A program made the translations under genes and the position numbers. A model generated the notes under the pieces. It was not told the DNA's origin, did not search any database, and saw nothing but the letters and a program-made list of their open reading frames with translations. From Streblomastix strix (Eukaryota), in NCBI GenBank assembly GCA_008636045.1, contig SNRW01000071.1:1-32021 (forward strand): 32,021 bases of DNA, in the 5' to 3' direction. This document shows, piece after piece, positions 1-13,017 of the stretch. The stretch's first letter is position 1. Every line of letters starts with the position of its first letter.

Positions 1-3000
1 CTCCTCTTATTACTATGATGATTATGACTGCTCTTATTACTATGAGCACTCCTGTGGGTATTTGAATGATTGTAAGATGAGTGGTGACTTTTCTTCTCTT
101 TAGTTCTGTTGCTGCTGTTGCTCCCACCTCTTTGATTGTGTTTATGAGAGGAACTGTTACGGTATGAATGTATATCATCAACATCATCTCTTCCTTTGTT
201 AGCGTATTTGTCTATTGTGTGGTTTTTGTGATTATGGTTTTATTCTTTGACCTTTTAGAAGGCTAATCTTTATTTGGCTGTAAAAGGTGATTCTAGTAAT
301 TGTGTAGAACTTTGTTTTATATTTGGAGTAATAAGATTCTGTTGCTCTTTTCTTTTAGATGATGAATTAAATGAATGAGATCGATGTTTTGATGAATTGT
401 CTACATTCTCGTTTAAAGTTTATTTATTCATTAATTCGAGAAGTTATTTTTGAGTTAACCCAGAAATATTGCTTCTTTTTCCTTAAATTATATCTAAATG
501 TGCGGATAATTAATCAAAGTCATTCCCTGATAACTATTTATTCTCCTTCAAAACACTACTCATTAATTAATCTGGATCACATTTTGCAACTTCAACTGGT
601 TTCCGTCTAATCTTCCCATTATCTCGGGATCTGCAAATCTTATTCCACGAAGCATGGTTGATGAAATTCCCTGTTTAAAGTTACTACAACATACCAGAAT
701 TATTAACATTATTTTTTGGATCTGTTTCAGATATCAAAGAAGCTACTCCAGATGGATTCAGAAAAGAAACTTGTGCAAGAGCATCTGAATCGCCAACAAT
801 CACTGGAGATGCCAGGATATGAATGATAAATATCGCATATTGGATGAAACGAGTGAATTTTACCGTGTTTTCAAACTAAAACGGTATCAAAGGTATCTGT
901 TCTTTCACTGATGTAACTAATCTGCTGCTTAATTTCCTTTTGTCTTGTTTATATTCAGCTTCATATGCTTCTGATCGAGATGAATTTATATTTTTTGCAA
1001 ATGTCAGGTGCGAGTCTTTATTTTCTTTGTTTTTGTCCAATTCCTTCTTCTTTGATTATTCGTCTTTATTTTCTTTATTTTTATTCTTATTTTCTTATTA
1101 ATTTTCATTTTCAAATTAAATTCCCATAATTTAATTGGCTTTCCTTTCTTTTTCAATTTATGCGTAATCAGAGCCAAAACAAGCCAGACCAATAAGTCTA
1201 ATTGTCAGTCTTACATATATCTCAGCTGTAATCTCATTTATGAAACATGCATAATCAGGAATATTTACAAATTTCGCTGATAAAATAACATGAGTAGCAT
1301 TTGATGAGAGTTTGTGCCATGGGAGTGATGATAATTGAGAGCTCATTATATACTGCCTCAATATAGGTGGACAAGGCTCGACAAATTAGTATGGCGCATG
1401 TGGTCCTGTAAAATAAAAAGGATTTTGTTGTAGTTAAGATGAATTACTGCGATTTTCGATTGGAATGGGTTTAAGAAGAACGCTCAACCTTGGAAGTCCT
1501 TACGTTAAGTAGAGTAGTGAAATTAAAAGAGATTCAAGTCTACTTGATTCATTCATTGATTGAGAATCTAATGATGTTGTAGATGAATATGATTGTTATT
1601 ACGAAATTCTGGTGTTTTCAATTTGCTTTTATTTATTTGGTTCGGATTTGACAATATTTGGCTCACCTATAATATAATTACAAATAAAAAAATAAATAAA
1701 ATTAAATAGATTTATTAATTATTTACGATTTTTTAAAAAAAAATAAATCATACTTCTTTCTTACTTAACAGCTTCATTTAAATCTATTAAAGGTATTATA
1801 GCAACAAGCAAATTCCTATGGATTTGTGCCATATTTATGAAAGAAGCTAAATTTGTTGCATTTGGAATCCAATATTACCACTGCATCTGTTCAAACATTA
1901 AATCATACAACCCTATCTCTTCAGGATGGACGTATGAGCAGAATTGATTCGGTTGCATATGAGGGAAAATTAAACCGTGTTACTGAGATGATGAAGGTTA
2001 TTATGTGTATGGATATGAAAAATGAAATGAAGATTAATATTGAGCACTATTGCTAGCTTTTACAAACCAGGAGATAATAACATCAGAGTATACATTCCAT
2101 ATGTGAGAGAGAATCAGTGATTTCTATTCTGATGTCAAAGTAATGATACGATCTTGTGTGGATATTTATGTGTTTGAATTAGTAGATTCAATCTGTTATT
2201 ATTGTTGTAATTATTGTTACAAATTCTAATTGTCAATTTCAGCTTTATTATTAGCTTCATCTATTTTTGATTATTAATTCATTTTATCATTTTCCAATTC
2301 AGTATTCTTTTTTAATGTAACTTTCACTTTTAATTTAATTTTCACGTTAATCATCTCAGCAATAGTTTAATTGAATAAATTGAAAAACCTAATAAGCTCA
2401 TCTGGTTTAAACTCACCAAAAGGTCTTTATTAATTGAACTGTGTATGAAGATTGATCTAAGTAACAGACGTAGCAGAAGATGAAAAAGGAAGTAAGTTAT
2501 GAACTTTGGGTGAATTTGAGAGTAATTGAACAGGTGATGATCTTCCTTGTTATTGCTGATGGATACTTTGACTTATATTTGGTGAGAGAATGCTGACTTT
2601 AGAAACTTACATTTATGGGATTATATTTAATTAGCTCATCAGTTATGATGATGATGATGATGATGATGATTAAATGTTTTGTATTTTCTAAGCAGAAGTA
2701 CTAATTCCTCTTCCTTACTATAATTATATCTAATATTACTATTATAATTGTTGTGTAGATGTAATAGTTGGAATTTATTTGATAATATCAGGACTCAGAG
2801 GAAGTAAAGTTTTAATCCTTTGCGGGAATAAGATCGCAGAATATGCATCGCAAATATCGTAAATGCGTTGTTAGATCTGCCAATTTGCAGTAAAATAGAT
2901 GTTACTATTAGCAGATTTTTAATTATTGATTTATTCTGTCATTGTTAAATCTAAAGTTTCTTTCTTTTTCTATTCCAAAGATTAGTTTTATTATTTTTCA

Positions 3001-6000
3001 TTATTCTTTCTTTCTTTATTTTATTCGTTGTCATTTTCAACTTCAAATATTTCTTCATTTTAAACATATGGAATGAGTGCAAACGATTTAATCAAAGAAC
3101 AAATTGATTGAATAACTTCATTGGGCAAATATTAGAAGAGCGAAGGATCAGAATTTTTCATTTGTGCAGCTGAAGCTTGAACTGTATTTAAATTTGATTA
3201 AGGAATTTGTGATTATTGAATTTACAATAATTGCTGTTAGGATAAAATTTGCCATCCTTGTTTAATAGGCCATCTTACAGACGACAATGTATTTGAAATC
3301 AATTCCAGCGAATTATGCATAAATTCATGGTCAATCAAAATAAGCGGTGGGAGTAGATTAAATGGGAGTAAATTGAGTTAATTGGAAGAAAAAGTAGAAA
3401 TTGACTATATCTGGGGAAGAGGAATATCAAGAGATGGAGGCATTGATGGAATAAGCTATGGTGAATTTGATGGAGTAATTTGAGGTTATTATAAATTTTG
3501 TTGTTATTATTATTGTTATTATTATTGATATTGTTGGTACTATTTCTATAATTAGTATTGCATAAGTTATTATCCCTCATAGGTAAATACATTATTCTCG
3601 GTTATTTCTCTGGCAATTACATTTATCAATTCAGGAGGTATTGATCGAAGAGTGTTTGTTTAAGGTTTATTATGATTAGTATTTGCATCGATTGGCTTGA
3701 TTGAAGTTTGTTATTAATTATTTTAGACAGTATTTACTTTCTCTGTTACTCTAATTAGCAGACACAAAGTTTGGATTATGAAAGGAAAGACATTTATTGT
3801 TTTTGATTCAGAAATAATCTAACGAAGTGAGTTTATATGGAAAATGAATAATGGAGTAAATTAATTAGATGATGAAGAAGATAATGAAGATTATGCTTAT
3901 TTATCAATAGCTGATAAATAATCAAATCCATATGCATGAATATTGCACATATTTTTCATAATAGCATCTATAAATATTTCAATTTATTATTGGATTTTAA
4001 ATATTACTGATTGGACTAAATTTGCATATTATTGAATTTCTTATTGAATATATGCATTAATATCATTCTCATACAAACCATCGCCTTATTCTTATTAAAT
4101 TAGCTCGTTTTCACTCTAATTTATTCTAAGGTCATTATCTTCTTTTATTTTCCTTAATTTTCTCTCAATTTCAATCAGCCATACTGTCAGATCCTGCTCA
4201 AGAACGCGGATTATTTCATTTATATGCAATTTGGATAGCATGACATTTATTAGAGAACCTGGATCTTATGCTTTAAACAGCAATTCCATTCGAGTAGGGT
4301 TTATGAATGGAGTTATTGATGATTATGGTTGATTCTCCTATAATGATTATTATGCATTTGCGTTCTAATAATTTTTTGTATATGGCAAGATTCCAATTGA
4401 TCTTAATAGTGCAGATGGGAATGAGCATGCCATTACCTGAATATAATATTAATTGAATTCCTGTAAATCATTAAGTGTTTATTAAATTGAAGTTGGTACC
4501 GAATCCTATTGACTTGTATGTTGTTATAATTAATCTTATTATTATAATAAATATGGCATTTAATTCTGGTCTAATTTCATGAACTGTTGTAATTCAAGTG
4601 GTTATTACGAAATGAATGAGTGAATAATTTCATAGTGCTTGAATATAAATGTTTATGGAGACAATTAATAGAAAAGTGAATTAATGATTGAATAAAATGG
4701 GCTTTGAATGTTGCAGATAGAAGAGAATAATAAAGATGGATATTATGGTAATGAAATTTTTGGATTTTCATCTATTTTTGAATTTTAAATATTTAATGAA
4801 GTTTAATTCACTTTTTCTTTATTATTATCCCCCATTATTTTCTCGATTTCTGATAATTTTTCTCTCTCTAACTAAAATTTCCTTTCTCTGTCTTGTTCAA
4901 CCCAGAAATCGGCAACAAGAATAGTTCCTCTTTCTTCTCTTTCTGAAATGAACTATAAAAGAGAATTAAAGTCTTTCAGCGAATATGATAGATATTTGCC
5001 AATCTGAGTTGAAATTGATGTAAATATAGAAAGAAAATAAGATAGAGAAGAAGATGATACTAATTAAGATAAAGTAAGTTAATCTGTTGAGAATGATTGA
5101 GCTTTGATCGCATTAATAGTTTATGCTGTTGTTTACGATAAAAACGATTAGGAAATTTAAGCACCAGATTAAATAGATAATATTGTGCTTTGCTATAAAG
5201 CATGTGCACATGAAGAGTTGTATAATAGATCAAGTATTGAGTGGAAGATGTAATGTCCTGTTTCATTCACTAATTCTCTTTCAATTGTCCCCCTACGCTT
5301 ATATATTGCACTGTTAGACAAGCTTGGTTGAATAATATTATAATTATTATTAGTATTACTCATATTCATATAATTAGTCTGAGAAGAGTACAATTAGAAT
5401 TAATTTTATTATTACTATATATTCAAATATTGAATTTATTGTATTTGTTACATCTGATATTTTTTGCTTTATTACTATGGATTTTATGTTGAATTTTAGG
5501 TTGAATGCAATCCAAATGTATCATCATCAACAAAATCAAAAGGAGAAGGTAATCCTACATCAGTTGCAGATTTTTCAATTTTAATTTATTGATTCTGCTA
5601 AAATTGTTAATATTATATTTATTACTATTTTTACAGCAATTGTTAATCTTGTTATTGTTGATACAACTATTATTATTATTGAATTTGCATTTACTATTCA
5701 ACAATATAATTAGTATTCCTTTAATCATTTGAAATAGATGAAGATATAAGAGTATTAGTTTAATATTGTTGAGTCTGCGATAAATTGAATAATGATGATC
5801 CTAATGAAGTTTGTTATTGATACTGGGAATCAACATTTTCCAATAAAAGTGATACAATATCAACAATTTGCTTCACTCTGTTCATAGTATCAACTTAATT
5901 CTGGAAATATGATGAAAATGGGTCTGTGATGAAAGAAACCCAATTTTTAAGTACATTTACTGAAGATTAATGAGAAGAAATTAACTAGGATTATTATTAT

Positions 6001-9000
6001 ACTTATAATGCATTGATTTGATTTTCTTATATATTAACAAATTATTGTTGAAAGTCGTTTGAGAGTACAGTTGGTACATCCAATTTCATCTTCTCAAATT
6101 GCAGTTACTGCTAAAGTTATAACTATCGGATATGATGGATGCCATACTATTGAATAATTGCTTCATCAAGTTTTCCTCTATCAACAAATTCAGAAAGTGG
6201 AGTTTCATTATCTTTTTCATTCTTTTCTTATTTAGGAAACGTTTTGTTTTCTTTTATCTTATCTTATTTTGCATTTTCTTCCAATTCTTTGTACATAACT
6301 TTCATTTCATCTTTTTCTTTATCAATCTGTAGCAAGGAATGTATTATGCTATCGAATTCTTTCTTTATGTCATCTATATTCTCCAGTATTGGTATTGGCG
6401 AGGATTTTAATGGAATAAGAGTAAAATGTGATTATTACTAATAATACAATGAATAATTAGCATTAGAAGCAGAAAATAGGATCGAATATGAAGATTAAGG
6501 ATAAGTTTAAATTATAGGAAGAGGAAGATGTTTAAATAGTTTAGATTATAATGATTAATCGGTGTCTGAACTAACTTCAACATTTTTGTCTTCTAATTTA
6601 AATTTATGTCCTTCTGATTCTTATTATTCCCATATAAGTCTATTTAATAAATGTTTGTGAATATGGAAATCATTTGTAAAGAGCTCCTAATCCCATACTA
6701 ATAAGTGCAATTTAGTAATAAAGATGATCAATTTAGCAAATATTGAATTAATTGACTAAATATCTTATTCTTTTTCTTTAATTGTTTATTTCCCTTCTTA
6801 TTTCATATTCTTTATCCAATTATCTTTCAATTCAATCAATTTTGGCAGTAAAGTATTTTCATTCACTTTCTCAGCAAGCTTGTTAGTGTTTTACTCAATT
6901 AATTCAGTAACAGAAGTGGATAGTTGATAAAATTGATCAGAAATATCTGAAATTGTCTTATTGATCAAATTATTATTATTTGGTTTGATGTAAATATCAA
7001 ATATATTGTTTCTTAATAAGTATGAAATTTGTGAAGAATAGTTTAAATATAAGTGCATTTTATTAATATTTAAGTCATTTCTAGATATTCCAATAACATG
7101 CAGGAAGAGTAACAGTTTATTATCCTTTCCCCTTTATTTTATTTCTTAATTTTTAAGTTTATCGAAAAGTTTTGAATATTTCTTAAAAATTGAATTAAGT
7201 TCAATCCATTAATTATATGATGCAAATTAATGTTGTTATGATTTGGTTTAATTTTAATTGAAAATATCAATTTCAGCTTAAAGGAGTTCAAAACCAGCAA
7301 ATGGAAATTAAATTAGTGGTGAAAAATCAAATTATGTCTCATCCTATTTTTTACTTTCAAAATTTTCTTTCATTTAATCAGAGATCCAGTTTCTAACAAT
7401 TTAAATTCCAATAATTTTTTCAATATCTTGTTTTTCTTTATTATTATCTTTCTAACTTTTGTTATTATATTCAAAATTTGATATTGCAGATTATATAATC
7501 GCATTTAGCACTGCTAATCTAACATTTCTATTTGCTTCACTTTTTTTATTTTTATCTTTTTTGAAATCTTATTATTATAATATTTCTTCTTCTTATTATT
7601 AATAATCTTTATCTTTTTCATTTAGATTAATTTTCCAATCATTGATTCCACCAATGCTTTTTAAGATATTGAGCCATTGTTTCAAAATTTCAATTGATCT
7701 TTCTTTCTGTGTCTGATTTTCTTTTTCTTATAATTACACTTCATTAATTCCAAATTCTGATTTATAAGGAGAAAGAATGTGCGATATGATAAACGAGTGA
7801 ATAATTGATATATTATTATCAGTGAGTTGAAGAAGAACAAGCTAAATGTTATTTATTTCTTTATCTTTATTTTACTTTATTAATTAATTTTCATCATTAT
7901 TATCTTTTAATGTTTAATTCTATTTCGTTATATGCATAAAATGGAGTATTGCGAATAAAATATCAGATATTACCTCATAATTATAATTATCTTTCTCTTA
8001 TTATTTATTTTATATCATTTAAGCTAGTTTTAAAATTATCTTCCATGGATCATGTTATGCTTCTTATGTAGACATAAATTATACATATAGCGCAATTGAA
8101 TGTTTAATAATATTTAATGAAGAAAATTGAGATTAATAAGATTATTATTATTCTTTCTTATTTTATTCAATTTCTTTCAGTTTCTTTTCTTCAATCACTT
8201 TATTATTTTCTAACTCGTCTATAAATTACTTCAGATCAACTAATTCTTCACTGTTAATTGATTCTGGCAGAGTAAATGATTATATTTAAGTTTAATTATT
8301 GTTTTTGATTTATTTGTCAACTTTCTTTCCTTATTCTTTTTAATTCCACTTCATTCTTGAAATCACATTCCATATCCATTACAAGAATGATTACTATTGT
8401 TAAATTAATACTTATGGTTATAATAATGCAGAATATGATAATAGTTTATATGATTATGGTAATTATCGTGAGGTAGGATTAAAAGAATGAATTATTTACT
8501 GATCTTAATTATTTCCCAATTAAATTTCATCTTGAGTTTAGATCATTGATTTGTGCCAATCGTTAAGCTAATTACAAAGCTTAAGTAATTCAATCGCTAA
8601 TATGATTTAATATGCAGGAGTAATATTGATATTAGTATTATATGAAAATGGAGGATAAGACGATTGAGAAAGTTATTCTTATTATTATGGTTATACTAAA
8701 TGAATGAAAGTTAATGAGGAAATTATACTGCATGCAAGTTTGGCATGTGGAGATTAAAATGGATTTAAAATATTTAATTTTTCATTTTAATTCAAATTTT
8801 TACTTTAATCATCATTCTGAACATTTGATCCTTTTTCCTTCAATAAATTAATAATTAAAATAAAATCTTCCTCACTCATTTAATAGTTGTCATAATCAAT
8901 GCCTCTTTCAATGAACTCAAGAATTGACGTGAAAATAGCTTCATCCTAATATGATAATTGTTATGTTTATTATTATTGCTGTATGAAATAATTAATTTAT

Positions 9001-12000
9001 TGTTAATATGATGATTTTGTTTGAATAAATTTATGAGCAAGTTATATGAATAGGGGAATAAACAATTATGGATAAGAATTAGTTAGATCTCTCACTCCAG
9101 AATATAAATATTCTTTTTCTTTTTAATAAATTTATTATTCTTCGATTTCTTTAGAATTTTCATTATTTTCTATTTATTTGCAGGTATTGATATTATTTTC
9201 ATTACTGTTCTCTTGATTATTTTTATCAAATTATCTAAGTGCGCATACATCAAATATGAATGAAACACAATAGAATGTAAGTGAAATCAAAGAAAACTGT
9301 TCAGATTGAGTGAAATTGGATTAAGTTTCATGATTTAAATTTGAATTAGATTAATCAACTGTATTAAAAGCTATTACAGCTAAATTCCCAAGAGCTGATA
9401 TCGCAAGTTATGCGGCGCTTCTTTTCTAAGATTTATTATTTTCACTTTCTCTTTCAATATCAATAATTTAATCATTCTTTTCATCGCTCAATACATTTTA
9501 TTTGTTATTTCTATTCTTTACAATTTTACTATTTCTTTATTAGTTCTTATCACAGTTCAAAACTTGATCAATTCTTTATGCGAAGCTATTCAATAATAAT
9601 CTAACTTCACTGTCACTTTCAGGATTCCATTGGTTTAATAGGAATTATGAGAAAGATTAGCTCAATAATAAAGATTAAGAATATGCTTATTTATTCTTAT
9701 TATTAATTTCATTATTTATTTTACTCTTTTATTATTCATTAAAATAAATTTCATTCTTCAAAGCTAAATTTTCTGCTGATATTAAGCTCTTCTCATTAAA
9801 TGAGCTTGAAATAAGTGATATAAAGAGCGTATAAACAAATTAAGGGTTTTAACTGTGGATCAATTTAGTAGAATTAATTATTATTTGATTTAAAACACTC
9901 CATTCAATGTATTGAGTATAGTTTCTGTTATTAATCTGATTGTGAATGAAAAATTTATTAATGAATTGCTAATTTTATTTAATTATTATATTGTTATTCA
10001 GATTAAATTTATAATTCTTATATTTTTTATAATTCTACCTTATTTTTTCATCCTCACACACGAATCTGATATTACAAATTGTTCTAATAAGAATGTTGTT
10101 TACTAGTTTTGATATTTATTCAATATCCTAATTTTATTTAGAATTTAAATTTTCTGAGCATTTTGTGATAATTTTGATAAGAGCTTTATATATTACAATC
10201 AATCGTCTTTATATCTCATTAAAAAGAATTTTATCATCTTAATCAATTTTACCATTTTATTTTTCTTAGAAATCTATTTCTTTTTATTAATCGTTATTAT
10301 TATCATTTTTATTATCTTGCAAGGTTTATTAATAATTATTATTGAAAGATAAAAAAGAAGAAGATTATTCATTGGCTAATTTGACGTAATTAGTTAATTA
10401 AGCAATAAGAATATCAGTAAGAAGTGAAATTGTGAAAATTCCTTTCTATATTTCAATTATATTATTATTCTCATTAATACTTTCTTTCAATTTAAAATTA
10501 GTAATATTTTCAAGAATTGAATTTGAGATTTAATCAATAACTGAATCAATTGGCATCTAGCGAAGGATAGAAAGATAATCAGATCTGGAAATTAAAAATG
10601 AATGACTTTGAATTTTCTAAAGTTAATGATTTTCATATTCTTAAATTTAATTATGAATATTTTATTATTATTATTATTTCACCTCTTTTTAATTATTTGT
10701 TTCAATAATCTAACTTTTGTCAGGTGCTTATTTATCTTTATTATATAAAACTATTTGTGAAGATTAATTATCATTATTCTCATCTATAATTTTCTTGGAT
10801 ATTGGGTATTATTCGATTATATTTTATTAACTTTATTCGTTTGTTTGTTGTTTCTCATATTTTTCTTCATCTTCTATTTTAATTGCAGCATCAGCAAATT
10901 AATATGCGATTTTTAATTCGTCTGGATATGGATGAGGAATTTGGAGTGAATATATTTACTCATTTATTATTTGACTATGTTATATCTATTTATTAATCTA
11001 TCCAATGAAATCAACAAATTTTGTCATTTTATTAATTTCAGCATATTAATCAAATTAAAGTTAAAGTTAACTTTCTTAAATATCCTAATCTTCTATTTCA
11101 TTATCATTATCTTTCTTTTATTTGATTTTATTTTAGTTTTCTTTTTCATTTCTTATTAATCTTTTCTACTCTACAATCAATGCAGCTAATCCAACTTCAT
11201 TTGGCATTCCATGAATATGTTGTACTGTTTCATAGTATGTTGGTGGTTTATATTAACAAGTTAGTCCATCATCATTATTAACACCAACCAATCTATGTGG
11301 AGAAGATAACAGTGAAAGTTGCACTAGTGCATTTGAAATCTGATTCCAATCTAATTTAGCTTAAATTTCTATATAATGATTATTATTTGAATCAGATATT
11401 TTATTATCATAATTCATAATCACACTTACAGGAAACTAGATAAGTTACGAAGCCCATTCTCCACACCCAGGAGTTGAAGCCACTTATGATAGAATAAACA
11501 GCTGTATATCAAGCGAGTTACTGCTGGATTCTAATAAGGCCAAACATAGATGCATAATAATGGTTCGAATACCATATGAGAAAAACTCTAATGAAGGTTC
11601 ATTAAGAGAATCTGATGTTAATATGTTCATATTCTATGAATAAGAAGAAACAGATGATGATTTTAGTTAAGCTACTCTGCATTTACGTTCATGCATAAAT
11701 AACAAGGATAGAATGAACTTAATCTCTTCTTCAATTCTAGCGTTTGTTTAATCAATATTTTGTTCATTATCATATTTAGTAGAATCATTGAGTGACATTT
11801 CTCTTATTTTAGTTGAATATGAGCTTTTATATTATTCTATTAATGAATGAATGATGTTATTCAAGTGAGATAATATTCGTAGCATCTCAGTCCTTGCTCC
11901 TACAAATTCAACACTAGACTCTATTTGTCGAATATTTTGCAACTCATCAGCTATTTATTTAAGTGGTTATGTTTGATCGTTATTTAACTGGTTTTATGTT

Positions 12001-12443
12001 GAATCGTGTTTGACGTTGTCTTCTGATGAAACTGGGAAATGTTTTTCTATTTTGTCCAATTTAATATGTAAAGTAGAACTGAGATTGTAGAATTTTTAGC
12101 ACATGGACTGAAAACACAATACTAGTGAGTTGAACTATTGTCGTGAATCCAAACATTATTCAGAGCTATAATTCCAGCCAAGGGTTATATTTAGATCGGA
12201 ATTATGATGTTCCTAGTGCCATTTCCTAGTCCATGAGTCTGCAATTATCGAATGTCGTAAGCAATCGATTTCAACTCTTGGAATAAACCCTAAAGCTCTA
12301 ATAATATCTGAAATTGCATTATTATAGGCAGGACTACTTACTAAAGACTAATCAAGCTAAATCACTGTTTATATTTTTTCGCTGATCTATTTATTCGCTT
12401 CAGAATATTAAGAAATTGACTTTAGAGCTTCAGCAAGACTCAT
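1..12443 (-). CDS. EPG5: Very large (>4,100 aa, 3'-partial) helical protein, EPG5-like (ectopic P granules protein 5 family), with many Q/N/K/E-rich insertions
   Basis: ATG at 12443 (MSLAEALKSISQ). One frame stays free of TGA to the window edge when TAA/TAG are read as Gln, with one probable intron at 1667-1753. Four motifs, IKFILSLLFMHERK, QLFILSQVASTPGCGEWASQLIQFP, ISNALVQLSLLSSP and FLISRSDYLSILRQMPIDSVIDQI, occur in the same order as the remembered EPG5 blocks [47 protein letters not shown] and LLNEDDLVTILAQFPFHELF. The CDS is near certain; the identity is moderately supported. Confidence 0.65.
1667..1753 (-). other. Probable 87-nt spliceosomal intron (phase 1) in the EPG5-like gene
   Basis: GTATGA...TTATAG ends and an extremely AT-rich interior. 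The length is 3n and there is no in-frame TGA, so it is inferred only from composition and splice signals. Confidence 0.75.
2646..2669. repeat. (TGA)8 microsatellite encoding poly-Ser on the minus strand
   Basis: Eight TGA units, read as TCA codons in the EPG5-like frame. Confidence 0.9.
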
Positions 12444-13017
12444 GGCTAGATTTCTAAGTTTAATAATTAAAATAATCAATAAACAATATAATATAAATTT
12501 AAATAATTATTTAATAATATTTTACATTTATTTTGTGTGCTGTACGATAAAATTGGAAATTAAATTATAAAATTTTCATGTATAGGTTGGTTTAAAAGTT
12601 AATATTTGGAATAAATAAATGCATGAATATATAAAACAATTTTAAATTTAACTCAACAGTTAAGTATGCTAATTTAATCACGATTTCTATAAATCAACCA
12701 ATCCAAAAAAATATCATAATCGAACATTATTCTGTCTTATTTAACTTTATTAAAATTTCCCGAAAATTAATAAATTTATTGAACTAGATATGAATTGAGA
12801 ATTGAATGTTATATTTACTTTCTGTATAGTAATACAGTTTATAGGTTAAAATATATAATAGAATGGGGTTTTGAAGAAAGGTGGATGTGTGGAAATACAG
12901 AAGTTACTAAAATATGACAAGAAATCCCCCAAACAAAGCAAAATGTTGAGTTGAGTAAATATATGACATTAGTATTCCCAAGTTTCATCAATAGATGATA
13001 CTTTGGAAAAAATATGA

